A stretch of DNA of 64,000 bases, from positions 13,206,001-13,270,000 of the forward strand of contig OZ024744.1 in assembly GCA_964016885.1 (NCBI GenBank), given 5' to 3'. The notes beneath the pieces were generated by a model that was given only the letters and a program-made list of their open reading frames with translations, did not search any database and had not been told where the DNA came from. Shown one piece after another: positions 37,226-50,000 of the stretch. Origin of the DNA: Eledone cirrhosa (taxonomy: Eukaryota). The translations under genes and the position numbers were made by a program. How positions within the stretch are numbered: position 1 is the first letter of the stretch; each line of letters begins with the position of its first letter.

Positions 37226-40200
37226 TGGGCATGGGGTTTGAAAGTCTCAGTAGATTAGAGTGTCACTCCAGTTAAAGCAACTCTCTAAATTGAGAGATCA
37301 CAACTCCAATACTATGGACATGTGGTTAGAACGTCTCAGTAGATCAGAGAGTCACTTCAGTTAAAGCTACTCTCTAAATTAAGAGATCACAACTTCCATA
37401 CTATGGACATGTGGTTAGAATGTGTCAGTAGATCAGAGAGTCACTCCAGTTAAAGCCACTCTCTAAATTGAGAGATCACAACTCCAATACTATGGTCATG
37501 TGGTTAGAATGTCTCAGTAGATCAGAGAGTCACTCCAGTTAAAGCCACTCTCTAAATTCAGAGATCACAACTCCAACACTATGGACATGGGCTTTGAATG
37601 TCTCAGTAGATCAGAGTGTCACTCCAGTTAAAGCAACTCTCTAAATTGAGAGATCACAACTCCCGTACTATGGACATGTGTTTAGAATGTCTCAGTAGAT
37701 CAGAGAGTCACTCCAGTTAAAGCCACTCTCTAAATTGAGAGATCACAACTCCAATACTATGGACATGTGGTTAGAATGTCTCAGTAGATCAGGGAGTCAT
37801 TCTTGTTAAAGCTACTCTCTAAATTGAGAGATCACAACTCCCATACTATGGACATGTGGTTACAATCTCTCAGTAGATCAGAGAGACATTCCAGTTAAAG
37901 CCACTCTCTAAATTGAGAGATCACAACTCCCATACTATGGACGTGTGGTTAGAATGTCTCAGTAGATCAGAGAGTCACTCCAGTTAAAGCCACTCTCTAA
38001 ATTGAGGGATCACAACTCCCATACTATGGAAATGTGGTTAGAATGTCTCAGTAGATCAGAGAGTCACTCCAGTTAAAGCCACTCTCTAAATTGAGGGATC
38101 ACAACTCCCATACTATGGACATGTGGTTAGAATGTTTCAGTAGATCAGAAAGTCACTCCAGTTAAAGCTACACTCTAAATTGAGAGATCACAACTCCAAT
38201 ACTATGGACATGGGGTTAGAATGTCTCAGTAGATCAGAGTGTCACTCCAGTTAAAGCCACTCTCTAAATTGAGGGATCACAAATCCCATACGATGGACAT
38301 GTTGTTAGAATGTCTCAGTAGATCAGAGAGTCACTCCAGTTAATGCCACTCTCTAAATTGAGAGATCACAACTCCAATACTATGGACATGTGTTTAGAAT
38401 GACTCAGTAGATCAGAAAGTCACTCCAGTTAAAGCTACACTCTAAATTGAGAGATCACAACTCCTATACTATGGACATGGGGTTAGAATGTCTCAGTAGA
38501 TCAGAGAGTCGCTCAAGTTAAAGCCACTCTCTAAATTGAGAGATCACAACTCCAATACTATGGACATGTGGTTAGAATGTCTCAGTAGATCGGAGTGTCA
38601 CTCCAGTTAAAGCTACTCTCTAAATTGAGAGATCGCATCTCCCATACTCTGGACATGGTGTTAGAATGTCTCAGTAGATCAGAGAGTCACTCTTGTTAAA
38701 GCTACTCTTTAAATTGAGAGATCACAACTCCCATAATATGGACATGGGGTTTGAATGTCTCAGTAGATCAGATAGTCACTCCAGTTAAAGCTACTCTCTA
38801 AATTGAGAGATCACAACTCCTATACTATGGACATGGGGTTAGAATGTCTCAGTAGATCAGAGAGTCACTCCAGTTAAAGCCACTCTCTAAATTGAGGGAT
38901 CACAACTCCCATACTATGGACATGGGTTTTGAATGTCTCAGTAGATCAGAGAGACGCTCAAGTTAAAGCCACTCTCTAAATTGAGAGATCGCAACTCCAA
39001 TACTATGGACATGTGGTTAGAATGTCTCAGTAGATCAGAGAATCACTCCAGTTAAAGCTACTCTCTAAATTGAGAGATCACATCTCCCATACTATGGACA
39101 TGTGGTTAGAATGTCTCAGTAGATCAGAGAGTCACTCCAGTTAACGCTACTCTCTAAATTGAGAGATCACATCTCCCATACTATGGACATGTGGTTAGAA
39201 TGTCTCAGTAGATCAGAGAGTCACTCCAGTTAAAGCCACTCTCTAAATTGAGAGATCACAACTCCAATACTATGGACATGTGGTTAGAATGTCTCAGTAG
39301 ATCAGAGAATCACTCTAGTTAAAGCTACTCTCTAAATTGAGAGATCACAACTCCCATACTATGGACATGTGGTTAGAATGTCTCAGTAGATCAAAGAGTC
39401 ACTCCAGTTAGAGCTACTCTCTAAATTGAGAGATCACAACTCCCATACTATGGACATGTGGTTAGAACGTCTCAGTAGATCAGAGAGTCACTCCAGTTAA
39501 AGCCACTCTCTAAATTGAGAGATCACAACTCCAATACTATGGGCATGGTGTTTGAAAGTCTCAGTAGATTAGAGTGGCACTCCAGTTAAAGCCACTCTCT
39601 AAATTCAGAGATCACAACTCCAACACTATGGACATGGGCTTTGAATGTCCCAGTAGATCAGAGTGTCACTCCAGTTAAAGCCACTCTCTAAATTGAGAGA
39701 TCACAACTCCCGTACTATGGACATGTGTTTAGAATGTCTCAGTAGATCAGAGAGTCACTCCAGTTAAAGCCACTCTCTAAATTGAGAGATCACAACTCCA
39801 ATACTATGGACATGTGGTTAGAATGTCTCAGTAGATCAGGGAGTCATTCTTGTTAAAGCTACTCTCTAAATTGAGAGATCACAACTCCCATACTATGGAC
39901 ATGTGGTTACAATCTCTCAGTAGATCAGAGAGACATTCCAGTTAAAGCCACTCTCTAAATTGAGAGATCACAACTCCCATACTATGGACGTGTGGTTAGA
40001 ATGTCTCAGTAGATCAGAGAGTCACTCCAGTTAAAGCCACTCTCTAAATTGAGGGATCACAACTCCCATACTATGGAAATGTGGTTAGAATGTCTCAGTA
40101 GATCAGAGAGTCACTCCAGTTAAAGCCACTCTCTAAATTGAGGGATCACAACTCCCATACTATGGACATGTGGTTAGAATGTTTCAGTAGATCAGAAAGT

Positions 40201-41074
40201 CACTCCAGTTAAAGCTACACTCTAAATTGAGAGATCACAACTCCAATACTATGGACATGGGGTTAGAATGTCTCAGTAGATCAGAGTGTCACTCCAGTTA
40301 AAGCCACTCTCTAAATTGAGGGATCACAAATCCCATACGATGGACATGTTGTTAGAATGTCTCAGTAGATCAGAGAGTCACTCCAGTTAATACCACTCTC
40401 TAAATTGAGAGATCACAACTCCAATACTATGGACATGTGGTTAGAATGTCTCAGTAGATCAGGCAGTCATTCTTGTTAAAGCTACTCTCTAAATTGAGAG
40501 ATCACAACTCCCATACTATGGACATGTGGTTACAATCTCTCAGTAGATCAGAGAGACATTCCAGTTGAAGCCACTCTCTAAATTGAGAGATCACAACTCC
40601 CATACTATGGACGTGTGGTTAGAATGTCTCAGTAGATCAGAGAGTCACTCCAGTTAAAGCCACTCTCTAAATTGAGGGATCACAACTCCCATACTATGGA
40701 CATGTGGTTAGAATGTTTCAGTAGATCAGAAAGTCACTCCAGTTAAAGCTACACTCTAAATTGAGAGATCACAACTCCCATACTATGGAAATGTGGTTAG
40801 ACTGTCTCTGTAGATCAGACAGTCACTCCAGTTAAAGCCACTCTCTAAATTGAGAGATCACAACTCCAATACTATGGACATGTGGTTAGAATGTCTCAGT
40901 AGATGAGAAAGTCACTCCAGTTAAAGCTACACTCTAAATTGAGAGATCACAACTCCCATACTATGGACATGGGGTTAGAATGTCTCAGTAGATCAGAGTG
41001 TCACTCCAGTTAAAGCCACTCTCTAAATTGAGGGATCACAACTCCCATACTATGGACATGTTGTTAGAACGTCT

Positions 41075-44000
41075 CAGTAGATCAGAGAGTCACTCCAGTT
41101 AAAGCCACTCTCTAAATTGAGAGATCACAACTCCAATACTATGGCCATGTGGTTAGAATGACTCAGTAGATCAGAGAGTCACTCCAGTTAAAGCCAGTCT
41201 CTAAATTGAGAGATCACAACTCCCATACTATGGACATGTGGTTAGAATGTCTCAGTAGATCAGAAAGTCACTCCAGTTAAAGCTACACTCTAAATTGAGA
41301 GATCACAACTCCAATACTATGGACATTGGGTTAGAAAGTCTCAGTAGATCAGAGTGTCACTCCAGTTAAAGCCACTCTCTAAATTGAGGGATCACAAATC
41401 CCATACGATGGACATGTTGTTAGAATGTCTCAGTAGATCAGAGAGTCACTCCAGTTAAAGCCACTCTCTAAATTGAGGGATCACAACTCCAATACTATGG
41501 ACATGTGTTTAGAATGTCTCAGTAGATCAGAAAGTCACTCCAGTTAAAGCTACACTCTAAATTGAGAGATCACAACTCCAATACTATGGACATGGGGTTA
41601 GAATGTCTCAGTAGATCAGAGAATCACTCCAGTTAAAGCTACTCTCTAAATTGAGAGATCACATCTCCCATACTATGGACATGTGGTTAGAATGTCTCAG
41701 TAGATCAGAGAGTCACTCCAGTTAACGCTACTCTCTAAATTGAGAGATCACAACTCCCATACTATGGACATGTGGTTAGAATGTCTCAGTAGATCAGAGA
41801 GTCAGTCCAGTTAAAGCCACTCTCTAAATTGAGAGATCACAACTCCAATACTATGGACATGTGGTTAGAATGTCTCAGTAGATCAGAGAATCACTCTAGT
41901 TAAAGCTACTCTCTAAATTGAGAGATCACAACTCCCATACTATGGACATGGGGTTAGAATGTCTCAGTAGATCAGAGAGTCACTCCAGTTAGAGCTACTC
42001 TCTAAATTGAGAGATCACAACTCCCATACGATGGACATGTGGTTAGAATGTCTCAGTAGATCAGAGAGTCACTCCAGTTAAAGCCACTATCTAAATTGAG
42101 AGATCACAACTCCCATACTATGGACATGTGGTTAGAATGTCTCAGTAGATCAGAGAGTCACTCCAGTTAAAGCCACTCTCTAAATTGAGAGATCACAACT
42201 CCAATACTATGGGCATGGGGTTTGAAAGTCTCAGTAGATTAGAGTGTCACTCCAGTTAAAGCAACTCTCTAAATTGAGAGATCACAACTCCAATACTATG
42301 GACATGTGGTTAGAACGTCTCAGTAGATCAGAGAGTCACTTCAGTTAAAGCTACTCTCTAAATTAAGAGATCACAACTTCCATACTATAGACATGTGGTT
42401 AGAATGTGTCAGTAGATCAGAGAGTCACTCCAGTTAAAGCCACTCTCTAAATTGAGAGATCACAACTCCAATACTATGGTCATGTGGTTAGAATGTCTCA
42501 GTAGATCAGAGAGTCACTCCAGTTAAAGCCACTCTCTAAATTCAGAGATCACAACTCCAACACTATGGACATGGGCTTTGAATGTCTCAGTAGATCAGAG
42601 TGTCACTCCAGTTAAAGCAACTCTCTAAATTGAGAGATCACAACTCCCGTACTATGGACATGTGTTTAGAATGTCTCAGTAGATCAGGGAGTCATTCTTG
42701 TTAAAGCTACTCTCTAAATTGAGAGATCACAACTCCCATACTATGGACATGTGGTTACAATCTCTCAGTAGATCAGAGAGACATTCCAGTTAAAGCCACT
42801 CTCTAAATTGAGAGATCACAACTCCCATACTATGGACGTGTGGTTAGAATGTCTCAGTAGATCTGAGAATCACTCCAGTTAAAGCTACTCTCTAAATTGA
42901 GAGATCACAACTCCCATACTATGGAAATGTGGTTAGAATGTCTCAGTAGATCAGAGAGTCACTCCAGTTAAAGCCACTCTCTAAATTGAGGGATCACAAC
43001 TCCCATACTATGGACATGTGGTTAGAATGTTTCAGTAGATCAGAAAGTCACTCCAGTTAAAGCTACACTCTAAATTGAGAGATCACAACTCCAATACTAT
43101 GGACATGGGGTTAGAATGTCTCAGTAGATCAGAGTGTCACTCCAGTTAAAGCCACTCTCTAAATTGAGGGATCACGAATCCCATACGATGGACATGTTGT
43201 TAGAATGTCTCAGTAGATCAGAGAGTCACTCCAGTTAATGCCACTCTCTAAATTGAGAGATCACAACTCCAATACTATGGACATGTGTTTAGAATGACTC
43301 AGTAGATCAGAAAGTCACTCCAGTTAAAGCTACACTCTAAATTGAGAGATCACAACTCCTATACTATGGACATGGGGTTAGAATGTCTCAGTAGATCAGA
43401 GAGTCACTCCAGTTAAAGCCACTCTCTAAATTGAGGGATCACAACTCCCATACTATGGACATGGGGTTTGAATGTCTCAGTAGATCAGAGAGTCGCTCAA
43501 GTTAAAGCCACTCTCTAAATTGAGAGATCACAACTCCAATACTATGGACATGTGGTTAGAATGTCTCAGTAGATCGGAGTGTCACTCCAGTTAAAGCTAC
43601 TCTCTAAATTGAGAGATCGCATCTCCCATACTCTGGACATGGGGTTAGAATGTCTCAGTAGATCAGAGAGTCACTCTTGTTAAAGCTACTCTTTAAATTG
43701 AGAGATCACAACTCCCATAATATGGACATGGGGTTTGAATGTCTCAGTAGATCAGAGAGTCACTCCAGTTAAAGCTACTCTCTAAATTGAGAGATCACAA
43801 CTCCAATACTATGGACATGTGGTTAGAATGTCTCAGTAGATCAGAGAATCACTCCAGTTAAAGCTACTCTCTAAATTGAGAGATCACATCTCCCATACTA
43901 TGGACATGTGGTTAGAATGTCTCAGTAGATCAGAGAGTCACTCCAGTTAACGCTACTCTCTAAATTGAGAGATCACAACTCCCATACTATGGACATGTGG

Positions 44001-47000
44001 TTAGAATGTCTCAGTAGATCAGAGAGTCACTCCAGTTAAAGCCACTCTCTAAATTGAGACATCACAACTCCAATACTATGGACATGTGGTTAGAATGTCT
44101 CAGTAGATCAGAGAATCACTCTAGTTAAAGCTACTCTCTCAATTGAGAGATCACAACTCCCATACTATGGACATGTGGTTAGAATGTCTCAGTAGATCAG
44201 AGAGTCACTCCAGTTAGAGCTACTCTCTAAATATAGAGATCACAACTCCCATACTATGGACATGTGGTAAGAATGTCTCAGTAGATCAGAGAGTCACTCC
44301 AGTTAAAGCCACTATCTAAATTGAGAGATCACAACTCCCATACTATGGACATGTGGTTAGAATGTCTCAGTAGATCAGAGAGTCACTCCAGTTAAAGCCA
44401 CTCTCTAAATTGAGAGATCACAACTCCAATACTATGGGCATGGGGTTTGAAAGTCTCAGTAGATTAGAGTGTCACTCCAGTTAAAGCAACTCTCTAAATT
44501 GAGAGATCACAACTCCAATACTATGGACATGTGGTTAGAACGTCTCAGTAGATCAGAGAGTCACTTCAGTTAAAGCCACTCTCTAAATTAAGAGATCACA
44601 ACTTCCATACTATGGACATGTGGTTAGAATGTCTCAGTAGATCAGAGAGTCACTCCAGTTAAAGCCACTCTCTAAATTGAGAGATCACAACTCCAATACT
44701 ATGGTCATGTGGTTAGAATTTCTCAGTAGATCAGAGAGTCACTCCAGTTAAAGCCACTCTCTAAATTCAGAGATCACAACTCCAACACTATGGACATGGG
44801 CTTTGAATGTCTCAGTAGATCAGAGTGTCACTCCAGTTAAAGCCACTCTCTAAATTGAGAGATCACAACTCCCGTACTATGGACATGTGTTTAGAATGTC
44901 TCAGTAGATCAGAGAGTCACTCCAGTTAAAGCCACTCTCTAAATTGAGAGATCACAACTCCAATACTATGGACATGTGGTTAGAATGTCTCAGTAGATCA
45001 GGGAGTCATTCTTGTTAAAGCTACTCTCTAAATTGAGAGATCACAACTCCCATACTATGGACATGTGGTTACAATCTCTCAGTAGATCAGAGAGACATTC
45101 CAGTTAAAGCCACTCTCTAAATTGAGAGATCACAACTCCCATACTATGGACGTGTGTTTAGAATGTCTCAGTAGATCTGAGAATCACTCCAGTTAAAGCT
45201 ACTCTCTAAATTGAGAGATCACAACTCCCATACTATGGACATGTTGTTAGAATGTCTCAGTAGATCAGAGAGTCACTCCAGTTAAAGCCACTCTCTAAAT
45301 TGAGAGATCACAACTCCAATACTATGGACATGTGGTTAGAATGTCTCAGTAGATCAGAAAGTCACTCCAGTTAAAGCCACTCTCTAAATTGAGGGATCAC
45401 AACTCCCATACTATGGACATGTTGTTAGAATGTCTCCGTAGATCAGAGAGTCACTCCAGTTAAAGCCACTCTCTAAATTGAGAGATCACAACTCCAATAC
45501 TATGGACATGTGGTTAGAATGTCTCAGTAGATCAGAAAGTCACTCCAGTTAAAGCCACTCTCTAAATTGAGGGATCACATCTCCCATACTATGGACATGT
45601 TGTTAGAATGTCTCCGTAGATCAGAGAGTCACTCCAGTTAAAGCCACTCTCTAAATTGAGAGATCACAACTCCAATACTATGGCCATGTGGTTAGAATGT
45701 CTCAGTAGATCAGAGAGTCACTCCAGTTAAAGCCAGTCTCTAAATTGAGAGATCACAACTCCCATACTATGGACATGTGGTTAGAATGTCTCAGTAGATC
45801 AGAAAGTCACTCCAGTTAAAGCTACACTCTAAATTGAGAGATCACAACTCCAATACTATGGACATGGGGTTAGAATGTCTCAGTAGATCAGAATGTCACT
45901 CCAGTTAAAGCCACTCTCTAAATTGAGGGATCACAAATCCCATACGATGGACATGTTGTTAGAATGTCTCAGTAGATCAGAGAGTCACTCCAGTTAAAGC
46001 CACTCTCTAAATTGAGAGATCACAACTCCAATACTATGGACATGGGGTTTGAATGTCTCAGTAGATCAGAGAGTCGCTCAAGTTAAAGCCACTCTCTGAA
46101 TTGAGAGATCACAACTCCAATACTATGGACATGAGGTTAGAATGTCTCAGTAGATCAGAGTGTCACTCCAGTTAAAGCTACTCTCTAAATTGAGAGATCA
46201 CATCTCCCATACTATGGACATGTGGTTAGAATGTCTCAGTAGATCAGAGAGTCACTCTTGTTAAAGCTACTCTCTAAATTAAGAGATCACAACTCCCATA
46301 CTATGGACATGTTGTTTAAATGTCTCAGTAGATCAGAGTATCACTCCAGTTAAAGCTGCTCTCTAAATTGAGAGATTGCAACTCCCATACTATGGACATG
46401 TGGTTAGAATGTCTCAGTAGATCAGAGAATCACTCCAGTTAAAGCTACTCTCTAAATTGAGAGATCACATCTCCCATACTATGGACATGTGGTTAGAATA
46501 TCTCAGTAGAACAGAGAGTCTCTCTTGTTAAAGTTACTCTCTAAATTGAGAGATCACAACTCCAATACTATGGACATGGGGTTTGAAAGTCTCAGTAGAT
46601 TAGAGTGTCACTCCAGTTAAAGCCACTCTCTAAATTCAGAGATCACAACTCCAAAACTATGGACATGGGGTTTGAATGTCTCAGTAGATCAGAGTGTCAC
46701 TCCAGTTAAAGTTACTCTCTAAATTGAGAGATCACAAATCCAATAATATGGACATGGGGTTTGAATGTCTCAGTAGATCAGAGAGTCACTCCAGTTAAAG
46801 CTACTCTCTAAATTGAGAGATCACAACTCCAATACTATGGACATGTGGTTAGAATGTCTCAGTAGATCAGAGAATCACTCCAGTTAAAGCTACTCTCGAA
46901 ATTGAGAGATCACATCTCCCATACTATGGACATGTGGTTAGAATGTCTCAGTAGATCAGGGAGTCATTCTTGTTAAATCTACTCTCTAAATTGAGAGATC

Positions 47001-50000
47001 ACAACTCCCATACTATGGACATGTGGTTACAATCTCTCAGTAGATCAGAGAGTCACTCCAGTTAAAGCCACTCTCTAAATTGAGAGATCACAACTCCAAT
47101 ACTATGGCCATGTGGTTAGAATGTCTCAGTAGATCAGAGAGTCACTCCAGTTAAAGCCAGTCTCTAAATTGAGAGATCACAACTCCCATACTATGGACAT
47201 GTGGTTAGAATGTCTCAGTAGATCAGAAAGTCACTCCAGTTAAAGCTACACTCTAAATTGAGAGATCACAACTCCAATACTATGGACATTGGGTTAGAAA
47301 GTCTCAGTAGATCAGAGTGTCACTCCAGTTAAAGCCACTCTCTAAATTGAGGGATCACAAATCCCATACGATGGACATGTTGTTAGAATGTCTCAGTAGA
47401 TCAGAGAGTCACTCCAGTTAAAGCCACTCTCTAAATTGAGGGATCACAACTCCAATACTATGGACATGTGTTTAGAATGTCTCAGTAGATCAGAAAGTCA
47501 CTCCAGTTAAAGCTACACTCTAAATTGAGAGATCACAACTCCAATACTATGGACATGGGGTTAGAATGTCTCAGTAGATCAGAGAATCACTCCAGTTAAA
47601 GCTACTCTCTAAATTGAGAGATCACATCTCCCATACTATGGACATGTGGTTAGAATGTCTCAGTAGATCAGAGAGTCACTCCAGTTAACGCTACTCTCTA
47701 AATTGAGAGATCACAACTCCCATACTATGGACATGTGGTTAGAATGTCTCAGTAGATCAGAGAGTCAGTCCAGTTAAAGCCACTCTCTAAATTGAGAGAT
47801 CACAACTCCAATACTATGGACATGTGGTTAGAATGTCTCAGTAGATCAGAGAATCACTCTAGTTAAAGCTACTCTCTAAATTGAGAGATCACAACTCCCA
47901 TACTATGGACATGGGGTTAGAATGTCTCAGTAGATCAGAGAGTCACTCCAGTTAGAGCTACTCTCTAAATTGAGAGATCACAACTCCCATACGATGGACA
48001 TGTGGTTAGAATGTCTCAGTAGATCAGAGAGTCACTCCAGTTAAAGCCACTATCTAAATTGAGAGATCACAACTCCCATACTATGGACATGTGGTTAGAA
48101 TGTCTCAGTAGATCAGAGAGTCACTCCAGTTAAAGCCACTCTCTAAATTGAGAGATCACAACTCCAATACTATGGGCATGGGGTTTGAAAGTCTCAGTAG
48201 ATTAGAGTGTCACTCCAGTTAAAGCAACTCTCTAAATTGAGAGATCACAACTCCAATACTATGGACATGTGGTTAGAACGTCTCAGTAGATCAGAGAGTC
48301 ACTTCAGTTAAAGCTACTCTCTAAATTAAGAGATCACAACTTCCATACTATGGACATGTGGTTAGAATGTGTCAGTAGATCAGAGAGTCACTCCAGTTAA
48401 AGCCACTCTCTAAATTGAGAGATCACAACTCCAATACTATGGTCATGTGGTTAGAATGTCTCAGTAGATCAGAGAGTCACTCCAGTTAAAGCCACTCTCT
48501 AAATTCAGAGATCACAACTCCAACACTATGGACATGGGCTTTGAATGTCTCAGTAGATCAGAGTGTCACTCCAGTTAAAGCAACTCTCTAAATTGAGAGA
48601 TCACAACTCCCGTACTATGGACATGTGTTTAGAATGTCTCAGTAGATCAGGGAGTCATTCTTGTTAAAGCTACTCTCTAAATTGAGAGATCACAACTCCC
48701 ATACTATGGACATGTGGTTACAATCTCTCAGTAGATCAGAGAGACATTCCAGTTAAAGCCACTCTCTAAATTGAGAGATCACAACTCCCATACTATGGAC
48801 GTGTGGTTAGAATGTCTCAGTAGATCTGAGAATCACTCCAGTTAAAGCTACTCTCTAAATTGAGAGATCACAACTCCCATACTATGGAAATGTGGTTAGA
48901 ATGTCTCAGTAGATCAGAGAGTCACTCCAGTTAAAGCCACTCTCTAAATTGAGGGATCACAACTCCCATACTATGGACATGTGGTTAGAATGTTTCAGTA
49001 GATCAGAAAGTCACTCCAGTTAAAGCTACACTCTAAATTGAGAGATCACAACTCCAATACTATGGACATGGGGTTAGAATGTCTCAGTAGATCAGAGTGT
49101 CACTCCAGTTAAAGCCACTCTCTAAATTGAGGGATCACGAATCCCATACGATGGACATGTTGTTAGAATGTCTCAGTAGATCAGAGAGTCACTCCAGTTA
49201 ATGCCACTCTCTAAATTGAGAGATCACAACTCCAATACTATGGACATGTGTTTAGAATGACTCAGTAGATCAGAAAGTCACTCCAGTTAAAGCTACACTC
49301 TAAATTGAGAGATCACAACTCCTATACTATGGACATGGGGTTAGAATGTCTCAGTAGATCAGAGAGTCACTCCAGTTAAAGCCACTCTCTAAATTGAGGG
49401 ATCACAACTCCCATACTATGGACATGGGGTTTGAATGTCTCAGTAGATCAGAGAGTCGCTCAAGTTAAAGCCACTCTCTAAATTGAGAGATCACAACTCC
49501 AATACTATGGACATGTGGTTAGAATGTCTCAGTAGATCGGAGTGTCACTCCAGTTAAAGCTACTCTCTAAATTGAGAGATCGCATCTCCCATACTCTGGA
49601 CATGGGGTTAGAATGTCTCAGTAGATCAGAGAGTCACTCTTGTTAAAGCTACTCTTTAAATTGAGAGATCACAACTCCCATAATATGGACATGGGGTTTG
49701 AATGTCTCAGTAGATCAGAGAGTCACTCCAGTTAAAGCTACTCTCTAAATTGAGAGATCACAACTCCAATACTATGGACATGTGGTTAGAATGTCTCAGT
49801 AGATCAGAGAATCACTCCAGTTAAAGCTACTCTCTAAATTGAGAGATCACATCTCCCATACTATGGACATGTGGTTAGAATGTCTCAGTAGATCAGAGAG
49901 TCACTCCAGTTAACGCTACTCTCTAAATTGAGAGATCACAACTCCCATACTATGGACATGTGGTTAGAATGTCTCAGTAGATCAGAGAGTCACTCCAGTT

